A stretch of DNA of 64,000 nucleotides from an uncultured Planctomycetales bacterium (lineage in GTDB: Bacteria; Omnitrophota; Gorgyraeia; Gygaellales; Profunditerraquicolaceae), in assembly GCA_964542785.1 (NCBI GenBank), contig CAZIUK010000001.1:442862-506861 (forward strand), in the 5' to 3' direction. Shown piece after piece: positions 46,326 to 57,436 of the stretch. The position numbers were made by a program, and so were the translations under genes. The notes under the pieces are model-generated. The model was not told where the DNA came from, ran no database searches, and worked only from the letters and a program-made list of their open reading frames with translations. Numbering within the stretch: the first letter of the stretch is position 1; the number at the start of each line of letters is the position of its first letter.

Positions 46326-47541
46326 AAGATTGATTATACAGAAATTCGGCGGCTCTTCCGTTGCCAATGTAGGGCGCATATTAAAGGTCGCCAAGAGAGT
46401 TGTAAGCTATAGAAGAAAAGGTTTTAATGTAGTTGTGGTCGTCTCTGCTTTAGGGGATACTACCGATGATTTAATAAAACTTTCTTCAAAAATAACTGCC
46501 AATCCTTCAGAGCGAGAAATGGATATGCTCCTTTCAACAGGAGAACAGATATCTGTTGCTCTTTTGGCGATGGCTATTCAAAAACTTAAAACCGAAGCAG
46601 TGTCATTTACCGGTGCGCAAGTAGGAATTATAACGGATTCTTCCCATACCCGCGCGCGAATCATAAAAATAAATGCTGATAAAATTAGAGAAGCAATTAA
46701 AAAAGGGCAGGTTGTAGTAGTGGCAGGATTTCAGGGAGTGAACCTAAACCAGGATATAACCACTTTAGGCAGAGGAGGATCTGACCTTACTGCTGTTGCC
46801 TTAGCTAAAGAATTAGGGGCTGATAGATGCGAGATTTATACGGATGTCAAAGGAATATACACAACAGACCCTACAATAGAACCAAAAGCAAAAAAAATAA
46901 AAGCAATTACTTATGACGAAATGCTGGAGATGGCTTCCTTAGGGGCACAAATAATGCAGGCGCGCTCTATAGAAGTAGCTAAAAAATTCAATGTGCCTAT
47001 ACATGTCCGCTCCAGCTTTAATAATAATTCTGGGACGATGATCATTAAGGAGGTTAAAAATATGGAGAATGTAGTAGTCTCTGCAATTACTATGAATAAA
47101 AATGAAGTTAAAATCACTCTTCGTAATGCCCCAGATCGTCCGGGAATAGCAGCAAAGATATTTAATGAATTAGCGGATAAAGGAGTAAGTGTAGATATGA
47201 TAGTACAAAATGTAAGCCACCTTCATAAAACAGATATTTCTTTTACCGTAAATAGGGCTGATGCTTCTAGCGCGATAAAGTTAATAAATAAGATTAAGTC
47301 GGATATAGGAATAAAGGAGATAATCAAGAATGCGGATGTAGCACGTATCTCTATTGTAGGAGTTGGGATGAAATCTCATCCCGGCGTAGCTGGAAAGATG
47401 TTTGAAGTCTTAGCAAGGCATAAGATAAATATAGAGATGATTTCAACTTCCGATATCAGCATCTCCTGTATAGTGCAAAAAAAGTTTGCCGAAAAGGCCG
47501 TGCGTGCCTTGCATAGCAAATTTGGATTAACAAAAAGATAA
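46318..47541 (+). CDS. lysC: Aspartate kinase (monofunctional, two ACT domains)
   Basis: IIQKFGGSSVANV…VVVSALGDTTDDL, a kinase core, and tandem ACT domains at the C-terminus. Confidence 0.9.
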   Translation: MHKRLIIQKFGGSSVANVGRILKVAKRVVSYRRKGFNVVVVVSALGDTTDDLIKLSSKITANPSEREMDMLLSTGEQISVALLAMAIQKLKTEAVSFTGAQVGIITDSSHTRARIIKINADKIREAIKKGQVVVVAGFQGVNLNQDITTLGRGGSDLTAVALAKELGADRCEIYTDVKGIYTTDPTIEPKAKKIKAITYDEMLEMASLGAQIMQARSIEVAKKFNVPIHVRSSFNNNSGTMIIKEVKNMENVVVSAITMNKNEVKITLRNAPDRPGIAAKIFNELADKGVSVDMIVQNVSHLHKTDISFTVNRADASSAIKLINKIKSDIGIKEIIKNADVARISIVGVGMKSHPGVAGKMFEVLARHKINIEMISTSDISISCIVQKKFAEKAVRALHSKFGLTKR

Positions 47542-47554
47542 AAGAAAGGCAGAA

Positions 47555-49123
47555 ATGAGACTAGTTAAGATATATGACACTACGCTACGAGACGGTTCGC
47601 AAGCCGAAGGGGTATCATATTCAGTAACGGATAAAATTCGTATCGTCAAAGAATTAGACCTTTTAGGAATTCACTTTATAGAAGGAGGTTGGCCCGGTTC
47701 TAACCCTAAAGATATGGAATTTTTTCTTAAGATGGGCAAGGTAAAGCTTAATAACTCTAAACTTGCCGCATTCAGCATGACGCGTAGGTTAAACCTAAAG
47801 GCAAAGAACGACCCAAATATCAATTCTCTTCTTAAGTCAAATGCCGATATTATAACGATTGTAGGAAAGACTTGGGATCTACACGTAACTGATGTATTAA
47901 AGACTACTTTGGCTGAAAATATAGAAATGATAAAAGATACAATCAGCTATCTTGCATCTAAGGGGTTAACCGTCTTTTACGATGCAGAACATTTTTTTGA
48001 GGCTTTTAAACATAATAAAAACTATACCATTGAAACCCTTCTGGCTGCCCAAGAGGCAGGAGCAAGGCAGATTTGCCTATGTGACACTAACGGCGGAACC
48101 CTACCGCATGAAATTACAGAAGTAGTCTCTTTGCTTAAAGGTAAACTTAAAGTAGGTATAGGAATACATTGCCATAATGATACTGGTTGCGCAATAGCCA
48201 ATTCTCTTGCCGCCGTATTAGCCGGAGCTAATATGGTGCAAGGGACTATAAACGGAATAGGGGAAAGAGCAGGGAATGCTGACCTTATACCTATAATCGC
48301 TAACCTTAAACTTAAAATGAGGATAGATTGTATTGCCGATGAAAAACTTAAAGAATTAACTCATATTTCGCATTTTATAAGCGAGATTAGCAATTTAAAA
48401 CATAAAAACGACCAACCTTATGTTGGTCAATCAAGTTTCGCGCATAAGGGGGGAATGCATATTAATGCTATTATCAAAAATCCTAAAACATACGAACACA
48501 TTGACCCATCTTTGGTCGGCAATACACGCAGGGTCCTTGTCTCTGAATTAGCCGGAAAATCAGGAGTATTAACGCGGGCAAAAGATTTAAACCTTAATAT
48601 AAGTAAAAATTCTCCAGATGCTAAAAAGATTTTACAGCTTGTACAAAAATTAGAACATAAAGGATACCATTTTGAAGCAGCAGAGGCATCTTTTGAAATT
48701 TTGATGAGACGAACTCTAAAAAAGCTCGGTAAATTTTTTGAGTTAGAAAGTTTCAGGGTAACAACCGAAAAACAATCAAACAGGCGGATAACTACAGAGG
48801 CGATTATCAAATTACGTATTAAAGGAAAGAAGGAACATACCGTCTCTATGGGAGAAGGACCAGTAAATGCCCTTGATAATGCCTTAAGAAAAGCGCTCAA
48901 AGATTATTACCCTACCCTTTCTAAGATGCGTCTTACAGATTTTAAGGTGCGTGTCCTTGATGAAAAATCTGGGACTGCTGCAAAGGTTAGGGTATTAATA
49001 CAATCAGAAGATGCAAAAAACTCATGGAGCACTATAGGGGTCTCAGAAAATATAATTGAAGCCAGCTGGCAAGCGCTTGTCGACAGCATTGAATATAAAC
49101 TCTTAAAAGATAATATTAAATGA
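47555..49123 (+). CDS. cimA: (R)-citramalate synthase (CimA; LeuA-family with LeuA_dimer C-terminal domain)
   Basis: IYDTTLRDGSQAEGVS…IEGGWPGSNPKD is the motif typical of CimA-type enzymes. HxH metal ligands (GIHCHND) and a C-terminal regulatory domain are present. Confidence 0.75.
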   Translation: MRLVKIYDTTLRDGSQAEGVSYSVTDKIRIVKELDLLGIHFIEGGWPGSNPKDMEFFLKMGKVKLNNSKLAAFSMTRRLNLKAKNDPNINSLLKSNADIITIVGKTWDLHVTDVLKTTLAENIEMIKDTISYLASKGLTVFYDAEHFFEAFKHNKNYTIETLLAAQEAGARQICLCDTNGGTLPHEITEVVSLLKGKLKVGIGIHCHNDTGCAIANSLAAVLAGANMVQGTINGIGERAGNADLIPIIANLKLKMRIDCIADEKLKELTHISHFISEISNLKHKNDQPYVGQSSFAHKGGMHINAIIKNPKTYEHIDPSLVGNTRRVLVSELAGKSGVLTRAKDLNLNISKNSPDAKKILQLVQKLEHKGYHFEAAEASFEILMRRTLKKLGKFFELESFRVTTEKQSNRRITTEAIIKLRIKGKKEHTVSMGEGPVNALDNALRKALKDYYPTLSKMRLTDFKVRVLDEKSGTAAKVRVLIQSEDAKNSWSTIGVSENIIEASWQALVDSIEYKLLKDNIK

Positions 49124-51756
49124 ATACCGAATTAAAAAAGCACTACGCGCCCTTAGAAGTTGAAGAGCGCTGGTATAAATATTGGGAAGATAACGGTTTT
49201 TTTGGTTCTAAACCTAACCCCGATAAAATTCCCTACGCCATTATAATCCCTCCGCCCAACGTAACGGGAATACTACATATGGGACATGCCTTAAACAACA
49301 CAATACAAGATATACTTATACGCTACAAAAGGATGCTTGGATATGAGGCTTTATGGTTTCCCGGAACAGACCACGCAGGGATAGCTACCCAAAATGTAGT
49401 AGAAAAGACCCTGCTTAAAGATGGCTTAAAGCGACAGGATTTAGGAAGGGATAAATTTATTGAAAAAGTCTGGCTCTGGAGAGAGAAATACGGTTCTACG
49501 ATAATCCATCAACTTAAAAAAATAGGCGCCTCCTGTGATTGGGGTAGATTACGTTTTACTATGGACCAAGATTATTCTAAGGTGGTAACGGATATTTTTA
49601 TAAAACTTTACGAGAAGGGGCTAATCTATCGCGGAAGATATATAATCAATTGGTGTCCTCGTTGTCAAACAGCTTTATCCAACGAGGAAGCTGCCCATCA
49701 ACCCTTAAAAGGAGAGCTTTACTATTTAAGATATCCGTTAAAAGACTCATCCGAATATATTCTTGTTGCTACCACTCGGCCTGAAACTATGCTTGGAGAT
49801 ACTGCGATAGCAGTCAACCCTAAAGATAGCCGTTATAAAAAATTAATCGGTAAAATAGCAATCTTGCCCCTCATGAATCGCCCAATAAAAATAATAGCAG
49901 ATAATTCTATAGATATGAAGTTTGGTACCGGTGCTGTTAAGATTACTCCTGCCCATGACCTTAATGATTACCTGCTTGGAAAAAAGCATAATTTAGATTT
50001 TATAAATGTTATGCAACCGGACGCAAAGATGAACACTGCTGCAGGAAAATATTGTGATTTGGATAGGTTTAAGGCAAGAGAAGAAATTATCAAAGATTTA
50101 AAATCTTTAGGGTTATTAGAAAAAATAGAACCGCATAAATTATCGGTAGGCCATTGCTACCGTTGTAATACAATAGTAGAGCCATATTTATCAAAACAAT
50201 GGTTTGTCAAAATGCAACCCTTAACTAAGCCGGCGATTAAAGCAGTAAAAGATAAAAAGATAAAGTTTTATCCTAATCGCTGGACAAAAGTATACCTTAA
50301 CTGGATGAATAACATACAGGATTGGTGCATATCAAGACAAATATGGTGGGGGCACAGAATCCCTGTTTATTACTGTAAGGATTGTAGCGAGGATAAGCAG
50401 GTTATAGTATCTAAAATCAAACCGCAGTCTTGCCCTAAATGTAACGGAAGCAATATATATCAAGATGAAGATGTCTTAGATACATGGTTTTCTTCTTGGC
50501 TCTGGCCTTTTGCGGCATTATCCGAAAAAGACCTTGAGTATTACTATCCGTCAGCTACTTTAGTAACTGCTCCTGAGATTATATTCTTTTGGGTTGCGCG
50601 GATGATTATGGCGGGATTAGAGTTTATGGGTAGAATACCTTTTAAAGATGTCTATATCCACGGAACAGTGCGTGATAGAGAAGGAAAAAAGATGTCTAAA
50701 TCTTTAGGGAATAGCATTGATCCTTTAGGTATTATAAAAGAATACGGGACGGATGCTTTGCGTTTTAGCTTAATCTCCGCTACTTCTCAAGGTCAAGATT
50801 TATTTTTATCAAAAGAGAAGTTTGAACAGGGCAGAAACTTTGCCAATAAGATATGGAACGCTTCACGTTTTATCTTAATGAACCTTGATATAAAAAACAC
50901 CGTTTCTAACCGCATCCCCTTACTTGCTCAAAAATCTTTAACCCCGCTTAACTCTTGGATATTAAGCAGGTTTTATTCGACTTTAATAAAAGTAGAAAAA
51001 TACCTAAGCGCCTATAAATTAAATGAGGCGATTAATATCATTTATTCTTTCTTCTGGCATGAATTTTGCGACCGCTACCTTGAGATTATTAAGCAGGATA
51101 TAGCAAATCCTCATAATCAACTAATTATGTATGACATCTTAGAAAAAACATTAAGGATAACCCACCCATTTATGCCTTTTCTTACCGAAGAGATTTGGCA
51201 AAGGTTGCCGGGCAAAAATAAATCAATTATGACCTCATCATGGCCAAAGATTAAAAAAGAAGCCATTAATACTACTTTAGAAAAAGAAATGGCTGAAGTA
51301 TTTGAAGTTGTAGGAGTTATAAGAGCCATGAGGACAGACCTTAATTTAGCGACTAACGACACTACGATAAAAGTTCAGATTTACCCTTCAACAAAGTCCA
51401 GCCGGTTATTATTAGAATCCCACACCTTAACCATAAAGCAACTCTTAAGACTTAATCAAGTCACTATAGAGAACACCTATAAGCACTCAAAGAATACCTA
51501 TGTAAATATACTTAAAGGGATGCATATCGTAATCCCGCTGGAGGGGGTAGCAGACATCCAAAAACAAATAGAAAACATAGAAATAAGGATTGTAAAATAC
51601 CAATCCGATATTAAGACAAAGAGGCAGCTACTTAAAAACAAGAATTTTGTAAAAAAGGCTCCACAAGAAATAATTGACACAGAAAAACAAAAATTACGTA
51701 CATTAATAGAAGAATTAAAAAAAATAAGGGGGCTAAAAGATGGACTTAAAACTTAA
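49120..51756 (+). CDS. valS: Valine--tRNA ligase
   Basis: HMGH (PPPNVTGILHMGHAL) and KMSKS motifs, an editing domain, and the C-terminal coiled-coil typical of ValRS. Confidence 0.95.
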   Translation: MNTELKKHYAPLEVEERWYKYWEDNGFFGSKPNPDKIPYAIIIPPPNVTGILHMGHALNNTIQDILIRYKRMLGYEALWFPGTDHAGIATQNVVEKTLLKDGLKRQDLGRDKFIEKVWLWREKYGSTIIHQLKKIGASCDWGRLRFTMDQDYSKVVTDIFIKLYEKGLIYRGRYIINWCPRCQTALSNEEAAHQPLKGELYYLRYPLKDSSEYILVATTRPETMLGDTAIAVNPKDSRYKKLIGKIAILPLMNRPIKIIADNSIDMKFGTGAVKITPAHDLNDYLLGKKHNLDFINVMQPDAKMNTAAGKYCDLDRFKAREEIIKDLKSLGLLEKIEPHKLSVGHCYRCNTIVEPYLSKQWFVKMQPLTKPAIKAVKDKKIKFYPNRWTKVYLNWMNNIQDWCISRQIWWGHRIPVYYCKDCSEDKQVIVSKIKPQSCPKCNGSNIYQDEDVLDTWFSSWLWPFAALSEKDLEYYYPSATLVTAPEIIFFWVARMIMAGLEFMGRIPFKDVYIHGTVRDREGKKMSKSLGNSIDPLGIIKEYGTDALRFSLISATSQGQDLFLSKEKFEQGRNFANKIWNASRFILMNLDIKNTVSNRIPLLAQKSLTPLNSWILSRFYSTLIKVEKYLSAYKLNEAINIIYSFFWHEFCDRYLEIIKQDIANPHNQLIMYDILEKTLRITHPFMPFLTEEIWQRLPGKNKSIMTSSWPKIKKEAINTTLEKEMAEVFEVVGVIRAMRTDLNLATNDTTIKVQIYPSTKSSRLLLESHTLTIKQLLRLNQVTIENTYKHSKNTYVNILKGMHIVIPLEGVADIQKQIENIEIRIVKYQSDIKTKRQLLKNKNFVKKAPQEIIDTEKQKLRTLIEELKKIRGLKDGLKT

Positions 51757-52597
51757 CCGTGAAAAATTGGATTATATAGTACGTCATGCCTTGTTAGAAG
51801 ATATAGGCAAGGGGGATATCACTACACAACTAACTATTCCGAAAGAAAAAGAGATAACAGCAAAAATAATCCTAAAAGAAGACTGTGTTATTTGTGGCTT
51901 AGAGGTTGCTAAAAGGGCTTTTAAGACGGTTGACAGCTCAATTATCTTTAAAAGTTTAGTTGAGGAAGGAAAAAAGATGAGAGCAAGGAGGGCCAAGGTT
52001 ATTGCTAGAATATCAGGAAAGGCTTCCAGTATACTAACCTCAGAGCGGGTGGCCCTTAACCTTTTGGGGATGATGTCGGGGATAGCTACGCGGACAAGGG
52101 AATTTGTTGAAAAGATTAAACCCTATAAAACTAAAATATCTGACACCCGAAAGACCATCCCCGGATTAAGAGAGCTTCAAAAATATGCGGTACGCGTAGG
52201 CGGAGGCTATAACCACAGAATGGGATTAGACGAGATGATCCTTATTAAAGATAATCATATAAAGGTAACTAACGGTTATGATAAGCTACCTAGTATTCCT
52301 AAGGGCTTTAAGATAGAGATAGAGGTCCAAAATATTGCCGAGTTTAAACACGCCTTATACTTTAAACCGGATGTAATTATGCTTGATAACATGGGCCTTG
52401 AAGAGATAAAAAAGGCAGTAAAAATAAGAAATAATACTGAATTCAAAAGTCACCATCCTCCTACGCTATTAGAGGCTAGCGGAGAGATAACTATGGACAA
52501 TGTCAAAGAGGTTGCCGCAAGCGGAGTAGATATTATCTCCATAGGGGAAATTACGGATTCAGTAAAATCAATTGACATCTCTTTAGAGATTTCATAG
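51740..52597 (+). CDS. nadC: Nicotinate-nucleotide diphosphorylase (carboxylating)
   Basis: QPRTase motifs (…DTRKTIPGLRELQKYAVRVGGGYNHRMGLDEMILIKDNH…). Confidence 0.9.
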   Translation: MDLKLNREKLDYIVRHALLEDIGKGDITTQLTIPKEKEITAKIILKEDCVICGLEVAKRAFKTVDSSIIFKSLVEEGKKMRARRAKVIARISGKASSILTSERVALNLLGMMSGIATRTREFVEKIKPYKTKISDTRKTIPGLRELQKYAVRVGGGYNHRMGLDEMILIKDNHIKVTNGYDKLPSIPKGFKIEIEVQNIAEFKHALYFKPDVIMLDNMGLEEIKKAVKIRNNTEFKSHHPPTLLEASGEITMDNVKEVAASGVDIISIGEITDSVKSIDISLEIS

Positions 52598-52655
52598 TTG
52601 AATCCTAAACGAAAAAACTATCCATTATTTTTTAAATGAATAAATAATAAATTTT

Positions 52656-54638
52656 ATGTCAAAGTTTAAGCTTTGCAGTAAATTTAAGCCTCGTGGGGAC
52701 CAACCAAAGGCAATCAAAAAACTTGTTTACAATATTATTGCCAAAGAACCTTACTCTACTTTATTGGGAACTACTGGTTCAGGAAAAACCTTTACCTTAG
52801 CTTCTGTAATTTCCAAAATTAACCTTCCGGTTTTAGTAATATCCCATAACAAAACTTTAGCAGCACAACTTTATTCTGAATTTAAAGAATTTTTTCCAGA
52901 TAATGCGGTAGAATATTTTGTCAGCTATTACGATTATTACCAACCAGAAGCATATATCCCTTCTACAGATACCTATATAGAAAAAGATGCCTCTATAAAT
53001 GAACGATTAGACCGCTTGCGCCTTTCAGCTACAGCCTCTCTCTTAAGCCGAAAAGATTTAATAATTGTATCTTCTGTTTCTTGTATTTATAATCTTGGAG
53101 ACCCTCAAACCTACCAAGATATGCTCATCTCTTTAAAACTTAATCAAAAAATTAAGAGGGATAACCTAATCGAGAAACTTATACTCATGCAGTATGAAAG
53201 AAATGACTATGAGTTTATTCGTGGATACTTAAGAGTAAGAGGGGACACTTTAGAGATATTCCCTCCTTACTTAGAAAAGGCTATCCGCATAGAGCTTACA
53301 GGCGAAAGAATAAGCCGCATCTTAGACTTCAATCCTGTATCAAGCAAAATAAACAAAAGCTTAAAGCAGGTATCTATCTACCCTGCAAAGCATTTTATGG
53401 TTTCAAGAGACACAATTAATAAAGCCTGCCGCTCAATAAACGATGAATTATCTATGCACTTGAAAAAATTAAAATTAGAAAATAAATTATTAGAAGCCCA
53501 AAGGCTTGAGGTTCGAACTAAGTATGATTTGGAAATGCTTAAGGAGATTGGTTACTGCCACGGGATAGAGAACTATTCTCGTCATCTCACCGGTAAAGCC
53601 CCCGGAATCCGCCCTTATACTTTAATAGATTACTTTCCAAAAGAAGAAGGGTTTTTAGTTATAATTGACGAATCTCATGCAACAATCCCTCAAATAGGCG
53701 GTATGTACGAAGGGGACAGGGCACGTAAAGAAGTCCTTATAGAACATGGCTTTCGCCTTCCCTCATGCCTTGATAACCGCCCTTTAAAGTTTAAAGAATT
53801 TTTAAGCTTAGTAAAAAGAGTAGTCTTTGTTTCTGCAACTCCTGGGGAATATGAAATTAAAAAATCTAAAGGGAAAGTAATAGAACAAGTTATAAGGCCT
53901 ACGGGATTACTTGACCCTGAGATAATAGTCCGTAAGACTAAGGGACAAATAGAAGATTTAGTTAAAGAGGTTAAGGTACGCTCTAAGAGGAATGAACGCA
54001 CTCTCGTCACTACTCTTACCAAGCGGATGGCAGAAGATTTAACCGGGTATCTTCTAGAACGCGGGCTTAGGGTAAAATACCTCCATTCGGATATCCAGAC
54101 CATTGAACGTACCAAAATCCTCATGGACCTAAGAAAGAAAGAATTTGACTGTTTGGTGGGGATAAACCTTTTAAGGGAGGGCTTGGACTTGCCCGAGGTA
54201 TCTTTGATAGCTATTCTTGACGCAGATAAAGAAGGCTTCTTACGCTCAACAACAAGCCTTATCCAGGTTGCCGGGCGTGCTGCGCGTAATATAAATGGAT
54301 GCGTTATTATGTATGCGGATACGGTTACTAAGTCCATGCTTAAAGCCATTAATGAGAGTAAGCGTAGAAGAAAAATACAGTCTGCTTTTAATAGAAAGAA
54401 TAATATCACCCCCCGTTCAATAAAAAAAGAGCTTAAAGAGGGGATAGAGGTTTTATCAAGGGCCGAGGATTTTACAGCTTCTTTAACCGGGGAAGATAAA
54501 GATGAATATCATTTACATAAGTATATCTCCCAGTTACAATATGAGATGGAGTTAGCAGCAAGAAACCTGCAATTTGAAAAAGCTGCCTCTTTAAGGGATA
54601 AGATAAAAAACTTAAAAAATGAACCTCTTAAGCGTTGA
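52656..54638 (+). CDS. uvrB: Excinuclease ABC subunit B
   Basis: KFKPRGDQPKAI…GTTGSGKT Walker A, a beta-hairpin region, helicase motifs, and a C-terminal UVR domain (…LQFEKAASLRDKI). Confidence 0.95.
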   Translation: MSKFKLCSKFKPRGDQPKAIKKLVYNIIAKEPYSTLLGTTGSGKTFTLASVISKINLPVLVISHNKTLAAQLYSEFKEFFPDNAVEYFVSYYDYYQPEAYIPSTDTYIEKDASINERLDRLRLSATASLLSRKDLIIVSSVSCIYNLGDPQTYQDMLISLKLNQKIKRDNLIEKLILMQYERNDYEFIRGYLRVRGDTLEIFPPYLEKAIRIELTGERISRILDFNPVSSKINKSLKQVSIYPAKHFMVSRDTINKACRSINDELSMHLKKLKLENKLLEAQRLEVRTKYDLEMLKEIGYCHGIENYSRHLTGKAPGIRPYTLIDYFPKEEGFLVIIDESHATIPQIGGMYEGDRARKEVLIEHGFRLPSCLDNRPLKFKEFLSLVKRVVFVSATPGEYEIKKSKGKVIEQVIRPTGLLDPEIIVRKTKGQIEDLVKEVKVRSKRNERTLVTTLTKRMAEDLTGYLLERGLRVKYLHSDIQTIERTKILMDLRKKEFDCLVGINLLREGLDLPEVSLIAILDADKEGFLRSTTSLIQVAGRAARNINGCVIMYADTVTKSMLKAINESKRRRKIQSAFNRKNNITPRSIKKELKEGIEVLSRAEDFTASLTGEDKDEYHLHKYISQLQYEMELAARNLQFEKAASLRDKIKNLKNEPLKR

Positions 54639-55356
54639 TATAGGGAACACGGTTACCTCTTTTGGGGTATCTACATCTACTCGGCTTAAAAAGACTTTTT
54701 ATATCCTAACAAGCAAATACTCTTTATCTAAATTGCGTCATGAATTAAAAGATACGACCATTGATGAGGCTATAATATGTAGCGTAGTCCCAAAGCAAAC
54801 CCATACCCTTAAGGACGATCTTAAAAGGTTAACCGCGAAAACCCCTTATATAGTAGGTAAAGACATCAAAGTTCCTCTTAAAAATCTCTACTCTCTTCCT
54901 AATCAAGTAGGCAAAGATAGGCTAGTTAATGCCTACGCCGCCTTAAGGCTCTATGGGGCGCCTCTAATCGTAGTTGATTTCGGAACGGCAGTTACCTTTG
55001 ATCTAATTTCCAGGAAAAAAGAGTATTTAGGCGGAATGATACTCCCCGGGTTAAATATCTCTCTTGAGGCGCTCTATAAACGCACTGCGCTTTTGCCTAA
55101 AGTGGTTTTAAATAAACCGGTAGAATTTATTGGTAGAAACACTAAAAATAGCATCCTTTCAGGGATAATCTATGGCTTTGCCAGCCTTACAGACGGCCTC
55201 ATTAAGGATATAAGAAAATCGATAGGCAAGGCAAAAATAGTAGCAACCGGAGGTGACTCCAAATTAATTAAAGAATATTCATCCTCTTTAAAAATAATAG
55301 ACATAAATCTTACCCTTAAAGGACTGGCAATGCTTTATTATAAAAATAAAAGCTAG
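54619..55356 (+). CDS. coaX: Type III pantothenate kinase
   Basis: MNLLSVDIGNTVTSFGV at the N-terminus and an ASKHA fold. Overlaps the uvrB 3' end by 20 nt. Confidence 0.85.
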   Translation: MNLLSVDIGNTVTSFGVSTSTRLKKTFYILTSKYSLSKLRHELKDTTIDEAIICSVVPKQTHTLKDDLKRLTAKTPYIVGKDIKVPLKNLYSLPNQVGKDRLVNAYAALRLYGAPLIVVDFGTAVTFDLISRKKEYLGGMILPGLNISLEALYKRTALLPKVVLNKPVEFIGRNTKNSILSGIIYGFASLTDGLIKDIRKSIGKAKIVATGGDSKLIKEYSSSLKIIDINLTLKGLAMLYYKNKS

Positions 55357-55377
55357 TCAATCTTAATAAAAAAATAC

Positions 55378-55431
55378 TTGACAAGAATTTTTTTTTATTT
55401 ATAATTAGCACTCTTAGGGGAAAAGTGCTAA
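55378..55431 (+). promoter_or_regulatory. groESL promoter (TTGACA-16-TATAAT) overlapping a near-perfect CIRCE/HrcA operator
   Basis: TTGACA at 55378-55383 and TATAAT at 55400-55405. CIRCE at 55405-55431 reads TTAGCACTC-TTAGGGGAA-AAGTGCTAA, against the consensus TTAGCACTC-N9-GAGTGCTAA (one mismatch). Confidence 0.7.
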
Positions 55432-55460
55432 AATGAACAAATTAAGAGGAGGTGTTAAAA

Positions 55461-55751
55461 ATGGAGATTAAGCCATTAGGTGACAGGATAGTGATAAAGC
55501 CTCTGGAGGCAGAGGAGAAAACCAAGGGGGGGATAGTTATCCCGGACACAGCAAAGGAAAAACCTCAGGAAGGTAAGGTTGTAGCTATAGGCAAAGGTAA
55601 GGTCTTAGATAACGGCAGCATTCAAGCTCCAGAAGTAAAGGTGGGAGATAAGGTCTTATACGGGAAATACTCTGGTAATGAAATCACCACCAAGGAAGGC
55701 GAAGAGCTTTTAATTATGCGGGAAGAAGATATTTTAGCAATTATCAAGTAA
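55461..55751 (+). CDS. groES: Co-chaperonin GroES
   Basis: [14 protein letters not shown]…[21 protein letters not shown]. The start was set at the ATG at 55461, preceded by the RBS AGGAGG. Confidence 0.95.
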   Translation: MEIKPLGDRIVIKPLEAEEKTKGGIVIPDTAKEKPQEGKVVAIGKGKVLDNGSIQAPEVKVGDKVLYGKYSGNEITTKEGEELLIMREEDILAIIK

Positions 55752-55773
55752 TCTTACAATAAGGAGGATATAA

Positions 55774-57417
55774 ATGAGTAAACAATTGTTATATCAAGAT
55801 GAAGGACGCAGGAAACTTTTAAGCGGGGTAGAGCAATTAGCCCGTGCAGTAAAAGTTACCTTAGGCCCAAAGGGGCGCAATGTAGTAATTGATAAAAAAT
55901 TCGGTTCTCCTACAATCACTAAAGATGGAGTAACCGTTGCTAAAGAGATAGAGTTAGAAGATCCTTATGAAAATATGGGTGCACAGATGGTAAAAGAAGT
56001 AGCTGAAAAGACTTCTGATGTGGCCGGTGACGGAACTACTACAGCTACGGTTTTGGCTGAAGCAATATACCGCGAAGGTTTAAAGAATGTTACCGCTGGA
56101 GCTAACCCTATGGCTCTAAAGCGTGGGATTGAAAAAGCAGTAGAAAAAGTAGTGGAGGAGTTAAATAGATTAACAAAGCCCATTAATGCCAGAGAGAAAA
56201 AAGAGGTAGCTCAGGTTGCTTCAATTGCAGCAAATGGCGATAGCGCCATAGGTGACCAGATATCTGAAGCAATGGATAAAGTAGGCAAAGACGGTGTAAT
56301 TACTGTAGAAGAGGCTAAAACTACTGCAACTACCTTAGAGTTAGTAGAAGGTATGCAATTTGACCAAGGGTACTTATCCCCTTATTTTGTCACTGATGCA
56401 GAAAGGATGGAGTGTATCTTAGAGGATACTTATATTTTAATACACGAAAAAAAGATATCCTCTTTAAAAGACCTTCTTCCTTTATTAGAGAAAATAGCAC
56501 GTACTGGAAAGCCTCTCTTAATTATTGCTGAAGAGGTTGAAGGAGAAGCGCTTGCAACCTTAGTAGTCAATAAACTAAAGGGCACATTTGTCTCTTGTGC
56601 AGTAAAAGCCCCTGGATATGGGGATAGGCGTAAAGCAATGCTTGAAGATATCGCTATACTAACCGGCGGAAAGGCTTTAACTGAGGATCTAGGAATTAAA
56701 CTAGAAAATGTTGACCTTAATGACTTAGGTAAAGCTAAGAAGATAAAGATTGACAAAGAAAACACTACTATTGTAGAAGGTGCAGGAAAGCCTGCCGCAG
56801 TAAGCGCACGCGTAGCTCAAATCAAAAAACAGATTGATGAGACTGACTCTGAATATGATAAGGAGAAGTTACAGGAGCGTTTAGCTAAACTAGCAGGCGG
56901 GGTAGCAGTTATCAATGTAGGCGCAGCTACTGAAAGCGAGATGAAAGAAAAGAAGGCTCGCGTAGAAGACGCCCTACACGCTACTCGTGCAGCAGTAGAA
57001 GAGGGGATCATCCCAGGCGGAGGAGTCGCTTTAATCCGCTGTATCCCTGTTTTAGACAAACTAAAACTAGAAGGAGATGAAAAGGTTGGAGTTAATATAA
57101 TCAAACGCGCACTGGAAGAGCCAATCAGACAGATCACTGAAAACGCAGGATTAGAAGGCTCCGTAGTAGTGCAACGCATAAAACAAGAAAAAACCAATGT
57201 TGGATATGATGTTTCTCAGGATAATTTTGTAGATATGATTGAGGCAGGGGTAATTGACCCTAAAAAAGTTACTCGTTCAGCCCTACAAAATGCATCCAGC
57301 ATTGCTTCTTTACTCCTTACTACCGAGGCTTTGATAGCAGATAAGCCTCAAAAGGATGACAAGATGCCCCCAATGCCGCCAGCAGGTATGGGTGGAATGG
57401 GCGGAGGGATGTATTAA
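55774..57417 (+). CDS. groEL: Chaperonin GroEL
   Basis: Canonical GroEL sequence ([15 protein letters not shown]…[11 protein letters not shown]…) with a C-terminal GGM repeat tail ([12 protein letters not shown]). Confidence 0.97.
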   Translation: MSKQLLYQDEGRRKLLSGVEQLARAVKVTLGPKGRNVVIDKKFGSPTITKDGVTVAKEIELEDPYENMGAQMVKEVAEKTSDVAGDGTTTATVLAEAIYREGLKNVTAGANPMALKRGIEKAVEKVVEELNRLTKPINAREKKEVAQVASIAANGDSAIGDQISEAMDKVGKDGVITVEEAKTTATTLELVEGMQFDQGYLSPYFVTDAERMECILEDTYILIHEKKISSLKDLLPLLEKIARTGKPLLIIAEEVEGEALATLVVNKLKGTFVSCAVKAPGYGDRRKAMLEDIAILTGGKALTEDLGIKLENVDLNDLGKAKKIKIDKENTTIVEGAGKPAAVSARVAQIKKQIDETDSEYDKEKLQERLAKLAGGVAVINVGAATESEMKEKKARVEDALHATRAAVEEGIIPGGGVALIRCIPVLDKLKLEGDEKVGVNIIKRALEEPIRQITENAGLEGSVVVQRIKQEKTNVGYDVSQDNFVDMIEAGVIDPKKVTRSALQNASSIASLLLTTEALIADKPQKDDKMPPMPPAGMGGMGGGMY

Positions 57418-57436
57418 TCCTAAAGAAGGCAAAAAA

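Noticed and set aside
53690-54409. 239-aa minus-strand ORF
   Set aside because: It lies entirely antisense within uvrB, which is strongly supported, so it is a shadow ORF.
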